This document shows positions 53,727 through 64,000 of a stretch of 64,000 nt of DNA, one piece after another (positions within the stretch are counted from its first letter, which is position 1; each line of letters begins with the position of its first letter). A program made the position numbers and the translations under genes. Below the pieces are notes generated by a model. That model was not told the origin of the DNA. It saw only the letters and a list, made by a program, of their open reading frames with translations, and made no database searches. The DNA comes from Octopus sinensis (Eukaryota), in contig NC_042997.1 of assembly GCF_006345805.1 (NCBI RefSeq), forward strand, positions 172,546,001 to 172,610,000, in the 5' to 3' direction.

Positions 53727-54556
53727 CAACGGCTAGAGAGGATTACAAGACTAATAAAAGCAACAACATCTCTGTCTGGAATGGCGTTTGTACGGCCAGA
53801 TAGACGGAACAAAGTTGATTATTGGAATGGTTTAAGAGCCTTTGAGGCTGCACCTGCTTGGAGTGTGAAAGTATCAGAACCCACACCAAGCAATATATTT
53901 TATCTACACTACACTGCAGTCTGCCAGGATGAGCCAACAAGAGTGCTCAACCTGCTAGAAATAACTGCCAAGTTTTCTTCAGATCACATCTTACCACATT
54001 GGAAAAAGGAAAAGACAGTCTTAAATATACAAAAGTACAGATTGGTTATAACTTGAAAGCCTTTCATAAGTTCCGTTTCAACTATAACACTACACCATAG
54101 AGCTATAATGAAGCAGCTACATGGTGGTTCTTTGACTTGCTAGAAATGGCTACCAAAGAATTCTCAAATTGCACCTTATCCTATGTAAAGATACATTGTA
54201 TAATGTAGTCTTGGGTGCATTGTGCCCAGTAAAGAGAAGGGATGGTCAGAACTGGAATGCCTTTGCTTGAATTGGAGCTAATCTATTGCTCTTCAGTTCT
54301 CCCCATCTCTCAAAAGATTTGAATATCTTAACGAACACTGATGAACTCAAGTTTCATGACATCAATTAGATGAGAGATGAGTTTTCTTCTGGATAGGATC
54401 ACCAGTCTATTGCACATTCCTCAATTTGGTATCTATTTCTACAGAATAATATAGGACTAAGTGCACTGCCTAAATATCCAACAAAATACTTGCAGTGCAT
54501 TATATTCAAAGGCTCCCCACATTATCTCAAGATTGTCACACTTTTAATATGAAATG

Positions 54557-54886
54557 CACATGAGCCAATTGGAAAGCCTCTATGTGGTTACTTAACCTAC
54601 TAGAAAAAGCAGCCAAAATTCCTTCATTAAAGGCTAGGACACATTGTATAATGTAGTCCTTGATTTAGTGTGCCTGAAAATAAAAGATGGGATAGTCATG
54701 GCTGGAATGCCTGTGGCCATAGATACACACATGAGCCAATTGGAAAGCCTCTATGTGGTTACTTAACCTGCTAGAAAAAGCAGCCAAAATTCCTTCATTA
54801 AAGGCTAGGACACATTGTATAATGCAGTCCTTGTTTTAGTGTACCTGAAAATAAAGGATGGGATAGTCATGGCTGGAATGCCTGTG
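54557..54886. repeat. Recent tandem duplication, period 171 bp
   Basis: cacatgagccaattggaaagcc...ggctggaatgcctgtg at 54557-54715 and 54728-54886; diverged relatives at about 53930-54065 and 54110-54265. Confidence 0.9.
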
Positions 54887-55213
54887 TTAAATAACAACAC
54901 CACGCATATTTTGATTGGTAGAGTTGTTGACGACCACAACAGTTGTGGCTACATCTTCTCATCAATAAATAAGACGGAAGCAACAAGCCTCTACCATGAA
55001 CCGCATGGGAAAACTGTAGAAGAAGCAAGCCCGCATTCCACAAACCAGTGGAGCGTGACCTGTTCTTTACGCGAAAGCAAACGAGAACAGAGTGCAGCAG
55101 AGAATTACAACAAAGCAGTATAGCGTCGGCGGCGGCAGCAGCAAGGGGCAGTGCTATGTATGCATGTGGTTGTCTGCTTGTAACATGGCCGTCTTCTGTT
55201 TCTTGGTGTGCAG

Positions 55214-55380
55214 GTTATGGTCTATGCATTGCAGAAAGATTCAGTTGAAGAAAGACAGCGTGTCCAACCCGGTCTACAACTACCAGCCGTGTGACCATCC
55301 TGGCCAGAGATGTGACGATACCTGTCCTTGCATAGTGGCGCAGAATTTTTGTGAGAAGTTTTGCCAATGTAGCAGTGACT
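55214..55380 (+). CDS. EZH2: E(z)/EZH2 exon: automethylation loop and CXC part 1 ([55 protein letters not shown])
   Basis: gtgcag acceptor, gtaagt donor, 167 nt, phase 2-1. Strong match to the human CXC domain. Confidence 0.97.
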
Positions 55381-55445
55381 GTAAGTTGATGCTTTATATT
55401 CTTCTTTTGTAGTGGGATTGGTTTTAATGTATTTTTTATCATATA

Positions 55446-55772
55446 CTAGCAGTATCGCCCGGCATTGCTTGGGTTTGTTTCGTGAACATTTTTCTGGTTG
55501 AAATACACCGAAAAATGGCGACACAGCAGTAAAAAAAATTGTAAAAAATAGGGATTTTCATAGAAAAAATACACCTTTTTGATGTAAATAATTTTTGGTG
55601 TTAACATGGTCCGATTTGAATTTTTTCTTCTATGGAAGGAAGAGTAAGCCTTCTATCATGCTCTCAATTTTGGTCAACTTGCGCCGCAGGGTCTCAGAGG
55701 AGATAGTGTTAGTTGAAGGCTACCAAACCTGCCATACACAGACAACTTCAGCTTTATATATATATATATAGA
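55446..55772 (-). mobile_element. Non-autonomous Helitron
   Basis: On the minus strand it starts A|TCTATATA.. and ends with a GC-rich subterminal segment followed by CTAG|T; no TSD. Confidence 0.7.
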
Positions 55773-57214
55773 TTTTTATTGTTTAATTTGTTGGTAGGCT
55801 TTGGATGTGTTTACATAACAGCAGCCTTCTACATGTTCTGATACTTAATGCTCACAACAGTAGTGGACAACAGTGCGTCTTATGTACTTGCTCTCTCAAA
55901 TACATTTGACAATGATTCTAACCACATCGTTACCCTTGAAATTTTAGCATGTCTTTATTTAAGACAGTAAAGCTTGATTAGTTATTATTTCTAACAAGCC
56001 TAGTGATTAAATAGAGGCTCTGTCATTGTTTTCATAACTGGATAGCCTTCTTATCATAACAGTTAAGGATTATTTTCAAATCTTGGGTACCATCACTAAA
56101 GGTGTTTTATGTCGCTCACAGCTGACATAAATTTCTACATGATTTCTATCTATTTCTGAATGAAATAAATGAAATGACTCAAGACAATGTATTTACCATT
56201 AGCAGCTGTTATCCCGTGTTGGTTGCCAGACTTAATAGTATATGAAACTACAATGTAAATAACTGTAGAGCTTCCTCACAAAATATTGTTGTACTAATAA
56301 TTGATGTTGTGGGCCAAGTTTGTCCTAAAATATGTATAGCTTGCATTTACTGCCCACTTATCATTTCTCATACCAAATGCCTTGAATTTCAAACTTGCTA
56401 CTTAAAACACTTCGCTTAAGTTTGGTTAAAATATTCGCCAAAGTACAGCTGAAGAGGAAATAGCTATTTTGAATATTGATGAAAGATCTTGTAGAGTTAA
56501 AGGAATTCTTGCAATGAATACATCATTTTGATTATATGATAAATATTTATCGACTTCAGCTTATTTAAGTAAATTCAAAACCAACCTCCTGTTATGATAC
56601 AGTTGTTTTTTGAAAAATAACTATAAACTGGGTTTTCACAGTTTTATGTATATCTAAGCATATGCTCTTCCTTGCATCAAGAAAGCCCCTGTAGGTAAAG
56701 TTTCAAACTATTCATACCCATTATAAATTGTGAAAAACTCACATAAGCAGTTTGATTTTAATTGGGTGCATGTATGTAAGCATTTTTCTATCCCATGATT
56801 TGAAATATTAGAGTTACAAGTTTTTATTAGCATTGACCTTATCAGCTCCTTTGGCCTTAACATCCAAAGTGGTATGATTTGGTGTTAGCAATGTTTGAAG
56901 CTGCTGAAAGAGATGCATGCAGTCAGTTCACTTGTATATTTTTTTTTAGTTTATATTAGATGATTCTGTAATTGAAAATACTGACTGAGAAAGCCTTTTT
57001 TGCTACATTTGTTATATGTGCTACTAGAGTTATGTGTGGGATATTAAAATCTGATTCCATAATACATTTTCTTGGGAATTTTTTTCATTTGTTCTCTAGA
57101 GAGCTGTTTATTAGCTAATACTTCCATAGACAGTTTGTTATCTCTTATGTGTTGTAATAACAATGTTGCAAGTGGAAAATAAGAAAAAAATTCCATAGAA
57201 AGTGAATAAAGCTC

Positions 57215-57558
57215 TTTTACTTGTTTCAGTCATTTGACTGTGGCCATGCTGGAGCACCACTTTTAGTTGAGCAAATCGACCCTAGGACTTATTCTTTGTA
57301 AGCCTAGTACTTATTCTATCGGCTCTTTTGCCAAACCGCTAAGTTACAGGGACATAAACACACCAGCATCAGTTGTCAAGCGATGTTGGGGGAACAAACA
57401 CACACACACACATATATATATACGACAGGCTTCTTTCAGTTTCCGTCTACCAAGTCCACTCACAAGGAAGACACTTGCCCAAGGTGCCACGCAGTGGGAC
57501 TGAACCCGGAACCATGTGGTTCGTAAGCAAGCTACTTACCACACAGCCACCCCTACGC
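57215..57558 (-). mobile_element. tRNA-derived SINE, same family as 29308-29685
   Basis: Reverse-complement match over head and tail. Confidence 0.8.
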
Positions 57559-57925
57559 CTAAAACTAATTATTAATTGTTTACCCGTCTTAAAGTAACAT
57601 TGTTACTAATATATGTTCAGCACTTTGAGCAAGTGCCCATAGCTTTGAATTGACGCAAATCCTGTAAGTGAAATTGGGTAGACAGCAAACTATGTAAAAG
57701 CTTGTTGGATGGACTGTCCTTTTTCTTGGGTGCAAGACTTAATTCATCATCATTTTACCATCAAAACATGAACTTCAGTACTTTTATTGGAGTGCACTCT
57801 GTTGTATGCATTCAGAGCACAAATCGTGGTTTCTTTCTCTCTTTCTTCTGCCACTCACAAAGACTTTGCAAATATGGATGTCATTTCTTCTCCTGACAAT
57901 ACCTACAAAGATAAAATATTTCAGA

Positions 57926-58530
57926 GTGGCACGTAAAATACTCCAATGCGACCGTACGACAGGCACCCATGCCAACCCCCTTTGCTTGTGAAGACATGTT
58001 GGGGCAAGCGAAATCGAAATCGAATTGAACCAGCCAGGATCCCTGGTCTGATGGTACGTAAAAAGCACTATCCGACTCGTGGCCGTGGCACGTAAAATAC
58101 TCCAATGCGACCGTACGACAGGCACCCTTGCCAACCCCCTTTGCTTGTGAAGACATGTTGGGGCAAGCGAAATCGAAATCGAATTGAACCAGCCAGGATC
58201 CCTGGTCTGGTGGTACGTAAAAAGCACTATCCGACTCGTGGCCGATGCCAGCACCGCCTCGACTGGCTTCCGTGCCGGTGGCACATAAAATACACCAATC
58301 TGACCGTGGCCGTTGCCAGCCCCGCCTGGCACCTGTGCAGGTGGCACGTAAAAAGCACCCACTACACTCACGGAGTGGTTGGCGTTAGGAAGGGCATCCA
58401 GCTGTAGAAACATTGCCAAATTAGACTGGAGCCTGGTGCAGCCTTCTGGCTTCCCAGAACCCCGGTCGAACCGTCCAACCCATGCTAGCATGGAGAACGG
58501 ACGTTAAACGACGATGATGATGATGATGAT
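57926..58530 (+). mobile_element. Young 3'-UTR-only copy of the same RTE LINE
   Basis: Near-identical reverse complement of 24174-24776, ending in (GAT)n. Confidence 0.93.
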
Positions 58531-59646
58531 TTAGGTTGTATAAAATGTAAGTTTTATCAGCTTTTGGTCTTGTTAGAATTTATCATGTAGATGTTGGCGG
58601 GGGAAAGGCGGTTCTTCATTTAATTTTTTACAAAATTGTTTGATGAACATACATACCCTACCTTTATCGTTATTTGTGATTTTCTTTTCGTGTTTCTTTC
58701 AGTTTGAGAATGCAATTTAATTTTTACTACACTTCTATTGTGTGACACATTTCGTTCATAAAATGATTTCATTCCAATAAATTGCTAGAGAAATGTTGCA
58801 AATTTATTTTACACAAATGCTTTGTGTATGGAAGCTTTGATTTTGCAGTGCACCAATTGCTGATCAAAATAGAGCTGAGTCCAGCAGTTTAGGTATTAGC
58901 ATATAATGCCATTGTTAAAACGAGCAATTTTTTTTTTCTTCTTCTGAAGCACTAACAGTTTCTTTCAGTCCATACTTTAATTGCTTTTGATACAAAACAA
59001 ACGTTTCTACCACTCTTTTAAAAAGAAGAAAATCAGTTCTGATTTGTGGTTGCCATTCGGTTGACTGCACATGTCGAAGTAGAACAAGCATAAATATTAA
59101 AAAAAAAATTTTTTTTTAAGAGGAAGAAAGAAAATGGAAGTGAAGTTTTGAAGCGCTTTGTTGTAATAAAATAGCAATTAATGTAGTGAATAGAAGTTAC
59201 TAGCTCTCAGCTTTCTCAAGGAAATAAAAATGTTTAACAGGAAATAAGATATCTATGAGAAGCAGATGTACCTATTCACGTTGAATTAACAATTGACAAA
59301 GTTACCAGGTAAGCATTGAAACAAAAACAGCTTGAGGTGAGAGAAAAGTAATTTCACTTCAACCTTGATTTCATATTTAATTTCATGCTGCTTTTTAAAT
59401 TCACGTTTTTCACTGAATATAATAAATAAATGTTTCTCTTTATTCTTCAGCTTCTAATTTTCACACTTTTCTATTTGCAAACAGTAACCAACCCTTAACC
59501 TTCTACTAAGGTGGCTGTGATGGCGTAAAACTGTGTAAAAATATTTTGTTATTTGTCAATATTTAAATATATTTCTTCAATATTAATGTATATTACTGTT
59601 GCACAGAGGCTGGACAAAGGTATTCTTTGATCCTTTGATGTTATGA

Positions 59647-59847
<201 letters not shown>

Positions 59848-61186
59848 TAGCTATTTAGAACTGTGATAACCAAGTTGATTTTTTTTCTGTTAACATTCAC
59901 CAGGCAATATGTTTCCTTTAAGATAAAACTAAGTATTTTTATTGATCATAATGAATATTGTTGTATAATTCCTGTCTAATTATGGATAAGTTATGGTCAG
60001 TTTGTATACTTGAAGCTGAATGAAATCCATACTTTTTAATCGTCTTTTCTGTTATTGCATTGTTTAGATCAAAACAGGAAACTTTCATTGACACAATCCA
60101 TATGGGTATAAATAGGTGCCACAAGATGGATACATTAAGCTTTGTAAGCATTGTACGACTGTTGAATTCAGACTTTTCATAATTATAGCTGATTAGGAAA
60201 TGTCATTCAATTGCACTCTGTGTACCTCACTTGGTTAAAGGAAATTGATATTTATTACCTATTGATCATTTCAGTTATAGTGTTTCCAGCTTATTTACTC
60301 TGTATCTCAAATATAACTTGGATTTATTGCATACCTTGGCTATACTCATTGACCATGTATTAGTTATTGATCATTGATTTTTATAAAGATTTGTTGGCCA
60401 CTAACAAATAGGTGGTTGACTGTAGAAGCTAACGATGTTTATAATTCTTTTTTGGAGCATTGGCTCTCGAGGCACATCACATAAAGCTATGATTTGTAGA
60501 ATGTCAATATCAGGTTGCAAAACGTTTTTGGATAATAAAAAAAAAGTGTTAAAGGCTGCCTCTATCCAAAAAGGCCTTTTGACCCAGTATTTACATGCTG
60601 TTATTCATAGCTTTGTCTGTGTGTCTAAAGAGCCAATGTTCCCGAAAAGAATTATTTCATGTTCTGTTGAAAGTTTATAAAAAAAAATTTTTATGTCAAC
60701 AATGAATTTATAGTTGTTATTTTAGGAAGGAAGGAAGCAGTGTTTGTGATTCTGTACAAGACCTCTGACTTCAAACTGGGGACCTAACCCAAATGCTTTC
60801 AACAGAATCAACCTGAAAAAGTTGAAAGGCAAAGTTGAACTCAGTGCTCAGAGAGTCAGAATAAATATATGATATTTTTGTTTGTCACCACCAGTTTGGT
60901 AACACTGTCCAGTTTTGCTGGCCATCACTGCTCTTAATATACAGTGCTGCTCTGCATTAACCAATTATGAGGCAGTTACTCTGAAATGGAACCAATCAAT
61001 CATACAGGTTCAAGTTCTGGCAGTCAGCCAGTTTCTCTTTTCTGTTACAGATCAGTGCTTATAATTTCTCATGTCAATTAAAAGAGGAAAAAAAAAATCA
61101 TTCTTACATTGATTATTCATTAACATTCATTAAAAGTTTTATTATTTAAGTTTGAACCATATTACTTCTATGTTTTGTTTTTGCAG

Positions 61187-61248
61187 ATCAATTTGACACT
61201 CAGAAAATCTCTTGTAAAAACGTCAGTGTACAACGTGGCTTAAGAAAA
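61187..61248 (+). CDS. EZH2: E(z)/EZH2 exon: end of CXC (DQFDTQKISCKNVSVQRGLRK); SET exons lie beyond the window
   Basis: ttgcag acceptor, gtgagt donor, 62 nt, phase 1-0. Matches human SCKNCSIQRGSKK. Confidence 0.93.
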
Positions 61249-61572
61249 GTGAGTTCGAAATTTGGTGCATTTTCACATTGTACTAATAATTTTATATCCC
61301 CAGATAATAGTTTAGGGAGAACCTTGAATATCTAACATGTTTTTCAGCTTATTTTAACTTTAAAATTGCACCTAAGTACCATGTATAAGCAGACAGAAAC
61401 GTATAGTGAATATTTTATTCATTGTTTTCTGTATCATAAGCAATGATTTCTTATTTGAACATGTGGCTGGCTGTGACTACACATCCTTGGAAAGGCCAAA
61501 ATGCATTTCATGTTCTCACTGATGCCCGCTGGGATAAATATTCATTTCCCATTGATATTTATCATATTATTT

Positions 61573-61899
61573 GTGAGGGCGCGTGGCTTAGTGGTTAGGG
61601 CATTCGGCTCATGATCGTAAGGTTGTGAGTTCGATTCCCGGCGACGCGTTGTGTCCTTGAGCAAGACACTTTATTTCACGTTGCTCCAGTCCACTCAGCT
61701 GGCAAAAATGAGTTGTACTTGTATTTTCAAAGGGTCAGCCTTGTCACTCTCTGTGTCACGCTGATTATCCCCGAGAACTACGTTAAGGGTACACGTGTCT
61801 GTGGAATGCTCAGCCATTTGCACGTTAATTTCACGAGCAAGCTGTTCCGTTGATCGTATCAGCTGGGACCCTCGTCGTCGTAACCGGCAGAGTCTTTTT
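61573..61899 (+). mobile_element. Young tRNA-derived SINE with CORE-like middle
   Basis: A box TGGCTTAGTGG, B box GAGTTCGATTCC, tgtccttgagcaagacactt, intact CpGs, 15-bp TSD tttatcatattattt (61558-61572 / 61900-61914). Confidence 0.9.
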
Positions 61900-64000
61900 T
61901 TTATCATATTATTTACACAACTTTCCTTAAAAAGTGTTATCTCAGGACAAATACTATAGTAACTGGCTTATCAAGTGTTTATACATTAAGTATGATATAG
62001 AGGTGGCTATTTTAAAACACTTATGGTTGAGAGTCCATGACAAAGGCCAAAATTGTCAATAGGGCAATTTGATTTTTATAATTGGAAAACCAAAACAATA
62101 TCACCAACAAATAATAATTATTATTATTTCAAAACACTTTTCAGAAACCCTTATTAACAAAGTAGTACTCTATACAAAAGAAGAGCTGTAATCTATTTAT
62201 GAATGCTATGTAAGTGACTGATGATATATTGAAGAAAAAAAAAGAAAATCATGTATTACATAATTCAGTGGATGAATAGAGATTGATAATTTCTGTTTTG
62301 AAGAGAGGTGCTGCCTATATGTTTATTGTGTTATATTGATGGGTTTTATTATTTATGTTTATTGAACACTTTAGGGAAGGTTTTTTTTTTTTTTTTCTCC
62401 AAAAAGCAACACTATTAGGAATAATTTTTGTAAGAAGATTGCAAGTGCATAAGTTTTGTAAGTGTTATTCAGAATAGCCGAATTATTTGGAAACCACCAA
62501 AAAGAAAAAGATGAAAGAGATCGCTGTTTTGAAATTTATTATGTTTATAGAATTTTGTGAAGAATATTAACTGCATACTTTCAGGCAAAAAGTTCTGAAG
62601 ATTTTTGGAGATTTAGCAATGAATAATTTCTAATTGCAAGAAGTTAGATAAACAATAAAAGTTATAAATTTTAGACCTTCGGAAAAAAAAAAAAAAAAGC
62701 TACAGCATGTATTGGTCTACTTAGCTTGGATGTGTTGTGGAGGACATTATTATCTCTTTTTGATGGAAGGATTCGGCTATGAAGAAAATATGATTCAAGA
62801 ATTTTAGTTTACTGTCTATAGCTGCTGATATATCTTACTGATGCCAATTGAAATGTGTTGTAAATAGGTTTTATGTTATTTCATAACAATAAATTCACTG
62901 TGAATGGGCAGATATACAATATGTGTTTCCTATTGTTAATCTCTTTGATTTGCTCTTTGTTGGAAAAAAACACTTCATTGCTTTAATTCTCTGATGCCAT
63001 ATATATACATATTAAGAGAAATGATATCTCTTTCCTCACTTCCTCTGTGGTTACTGCCTTTCTTTCTGGCCATCGCTACTGGACTAGGCAGGTTGCATAT
63101 CCCCCTTTTGGTGTGGCTCCTGGGAAACTGGTTTTTTTTTTATCCAATTAAGATGTTATGTTTTTTTTTTATAATTTCAATGTTATGCATCATATTTTCA
63201 ATTTATATATACTTGTGTGTATGGCCGTATAAATATATATTGTTTTGTCTCATGTACAAGTTCTGTTTATATGTTCCCAAGCAGCATTAAAATTCATTTT
63301 GGTGAATTGCTGATGCCATCACATGGAGTGGTTTTACTTCTGGTGTTGAAACCATAAATATATTTAATCAAGGAGCTGAAGATGGGCTTCTTTGATTGCT
63401 TTATTGTTATTGGTTCATTGTCAACATCCCTGAAAATTTGTCAGTAGCTCTAATTCTAATGATTTTAATGATCTAACTTACATTCGTTGTATTGTCTATC
63501 CTTGCATGGGTTTATGTACACACACGTACACACATAATTACATGCATAGTGCATGAGTATGTTAGAATTCTACTACCATTTAGTTTTATATAGAACCCAC
63601 TCTTAATTGTCTGATTTCTTTGTATCAGTTGATGTTGTTTCTTTATTTCACTAATTTGATTAACTTCATCTGTCATTGTAAACTTATGTTTTGAAATATT
63701 TTATACTATGTCAAGATTTCAAATAGTGTCAGTGTCAGATGAACCTTTTGACAGAGTGAAAGTGTAGCCTACTAAAACAAACGCATCTTTTTAACTACGG
63801 TTTTGTGTGTGTGTGTAGTAAAACCTCCATAAACTAGAAACCCTTACACAAGTATTACCTTACCAGAATTTCTATCCCTATGAAGGACAATCATGCAGTG
63901 CCAATGTATGGTATAATATATATACAAGTTCAACACAAGTATCAGAATTTCAATGAGGAACAATGTAGAACCACAAGAAAGTAAGATACAGAAGATTCAT

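Noticed and set aside
61577-61650. tRNA-Met-like gene (CAT in an anticodon-like loop)
   Set aside because: It is the head of a SINE with body, tail and TSD; the acceptor stem is not intact.
62706-62807. tacag|CAT GTA TTG.. (HVLV..) as the first SET exon (HLLLAPSDVAGWG)
   Set aside because: Preceded by poly-A rather than pyrimidines, no GWG motif, ends in a stop; similarity limited to a few residues.

Overview
AT-rich, repeat-dense animal genomic DNA. The repeat families suggest an octopus or other coleoid cephalopod (inference). Most of the window is a + strand Enhancer-of-zeste (E(z)/EZH1/2) gene. I assembled 13 coding exons by hand (22246-61248, 1778 nt, about 593 codons); all introns are GT-AG and phases are consistent. 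They cover the N-terminal SBD/EBD region, BAM/SAL/SRM, SANT1, MCSS, SANT2, the basic/automethylation loop and CXC. The start codon is not located (there is a candidate 45-nt upstream exon at 9460-9504), and the SET domain lies beyond the window end. Introns hold an RTE LINE with an intact RT frame containing a PHD-like finger, Dong/R4-like RLE LINE fragments, Tc1/mariner remnants, piggyBac/hAT MITEs, a Helitron and many SINEs. The most striking signal is in the intron before the CXC exon. Three non-repetitive blocks (about 51300-51410, 53520-53900 and 54900-55380) show colinear, mutually competing long-range complementarity that covers the CXC-exon 3' splice site and the codons of the automethylation lysines. 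The middle block also looks like a stop-containing alternative exon followed by AATAAA. Together these form a candidate RNA-structure switch (splicing and/or A-to-I editing) controlling catalytic PRC2. All pairings were found by eye and need computational and transcriptomic testing.
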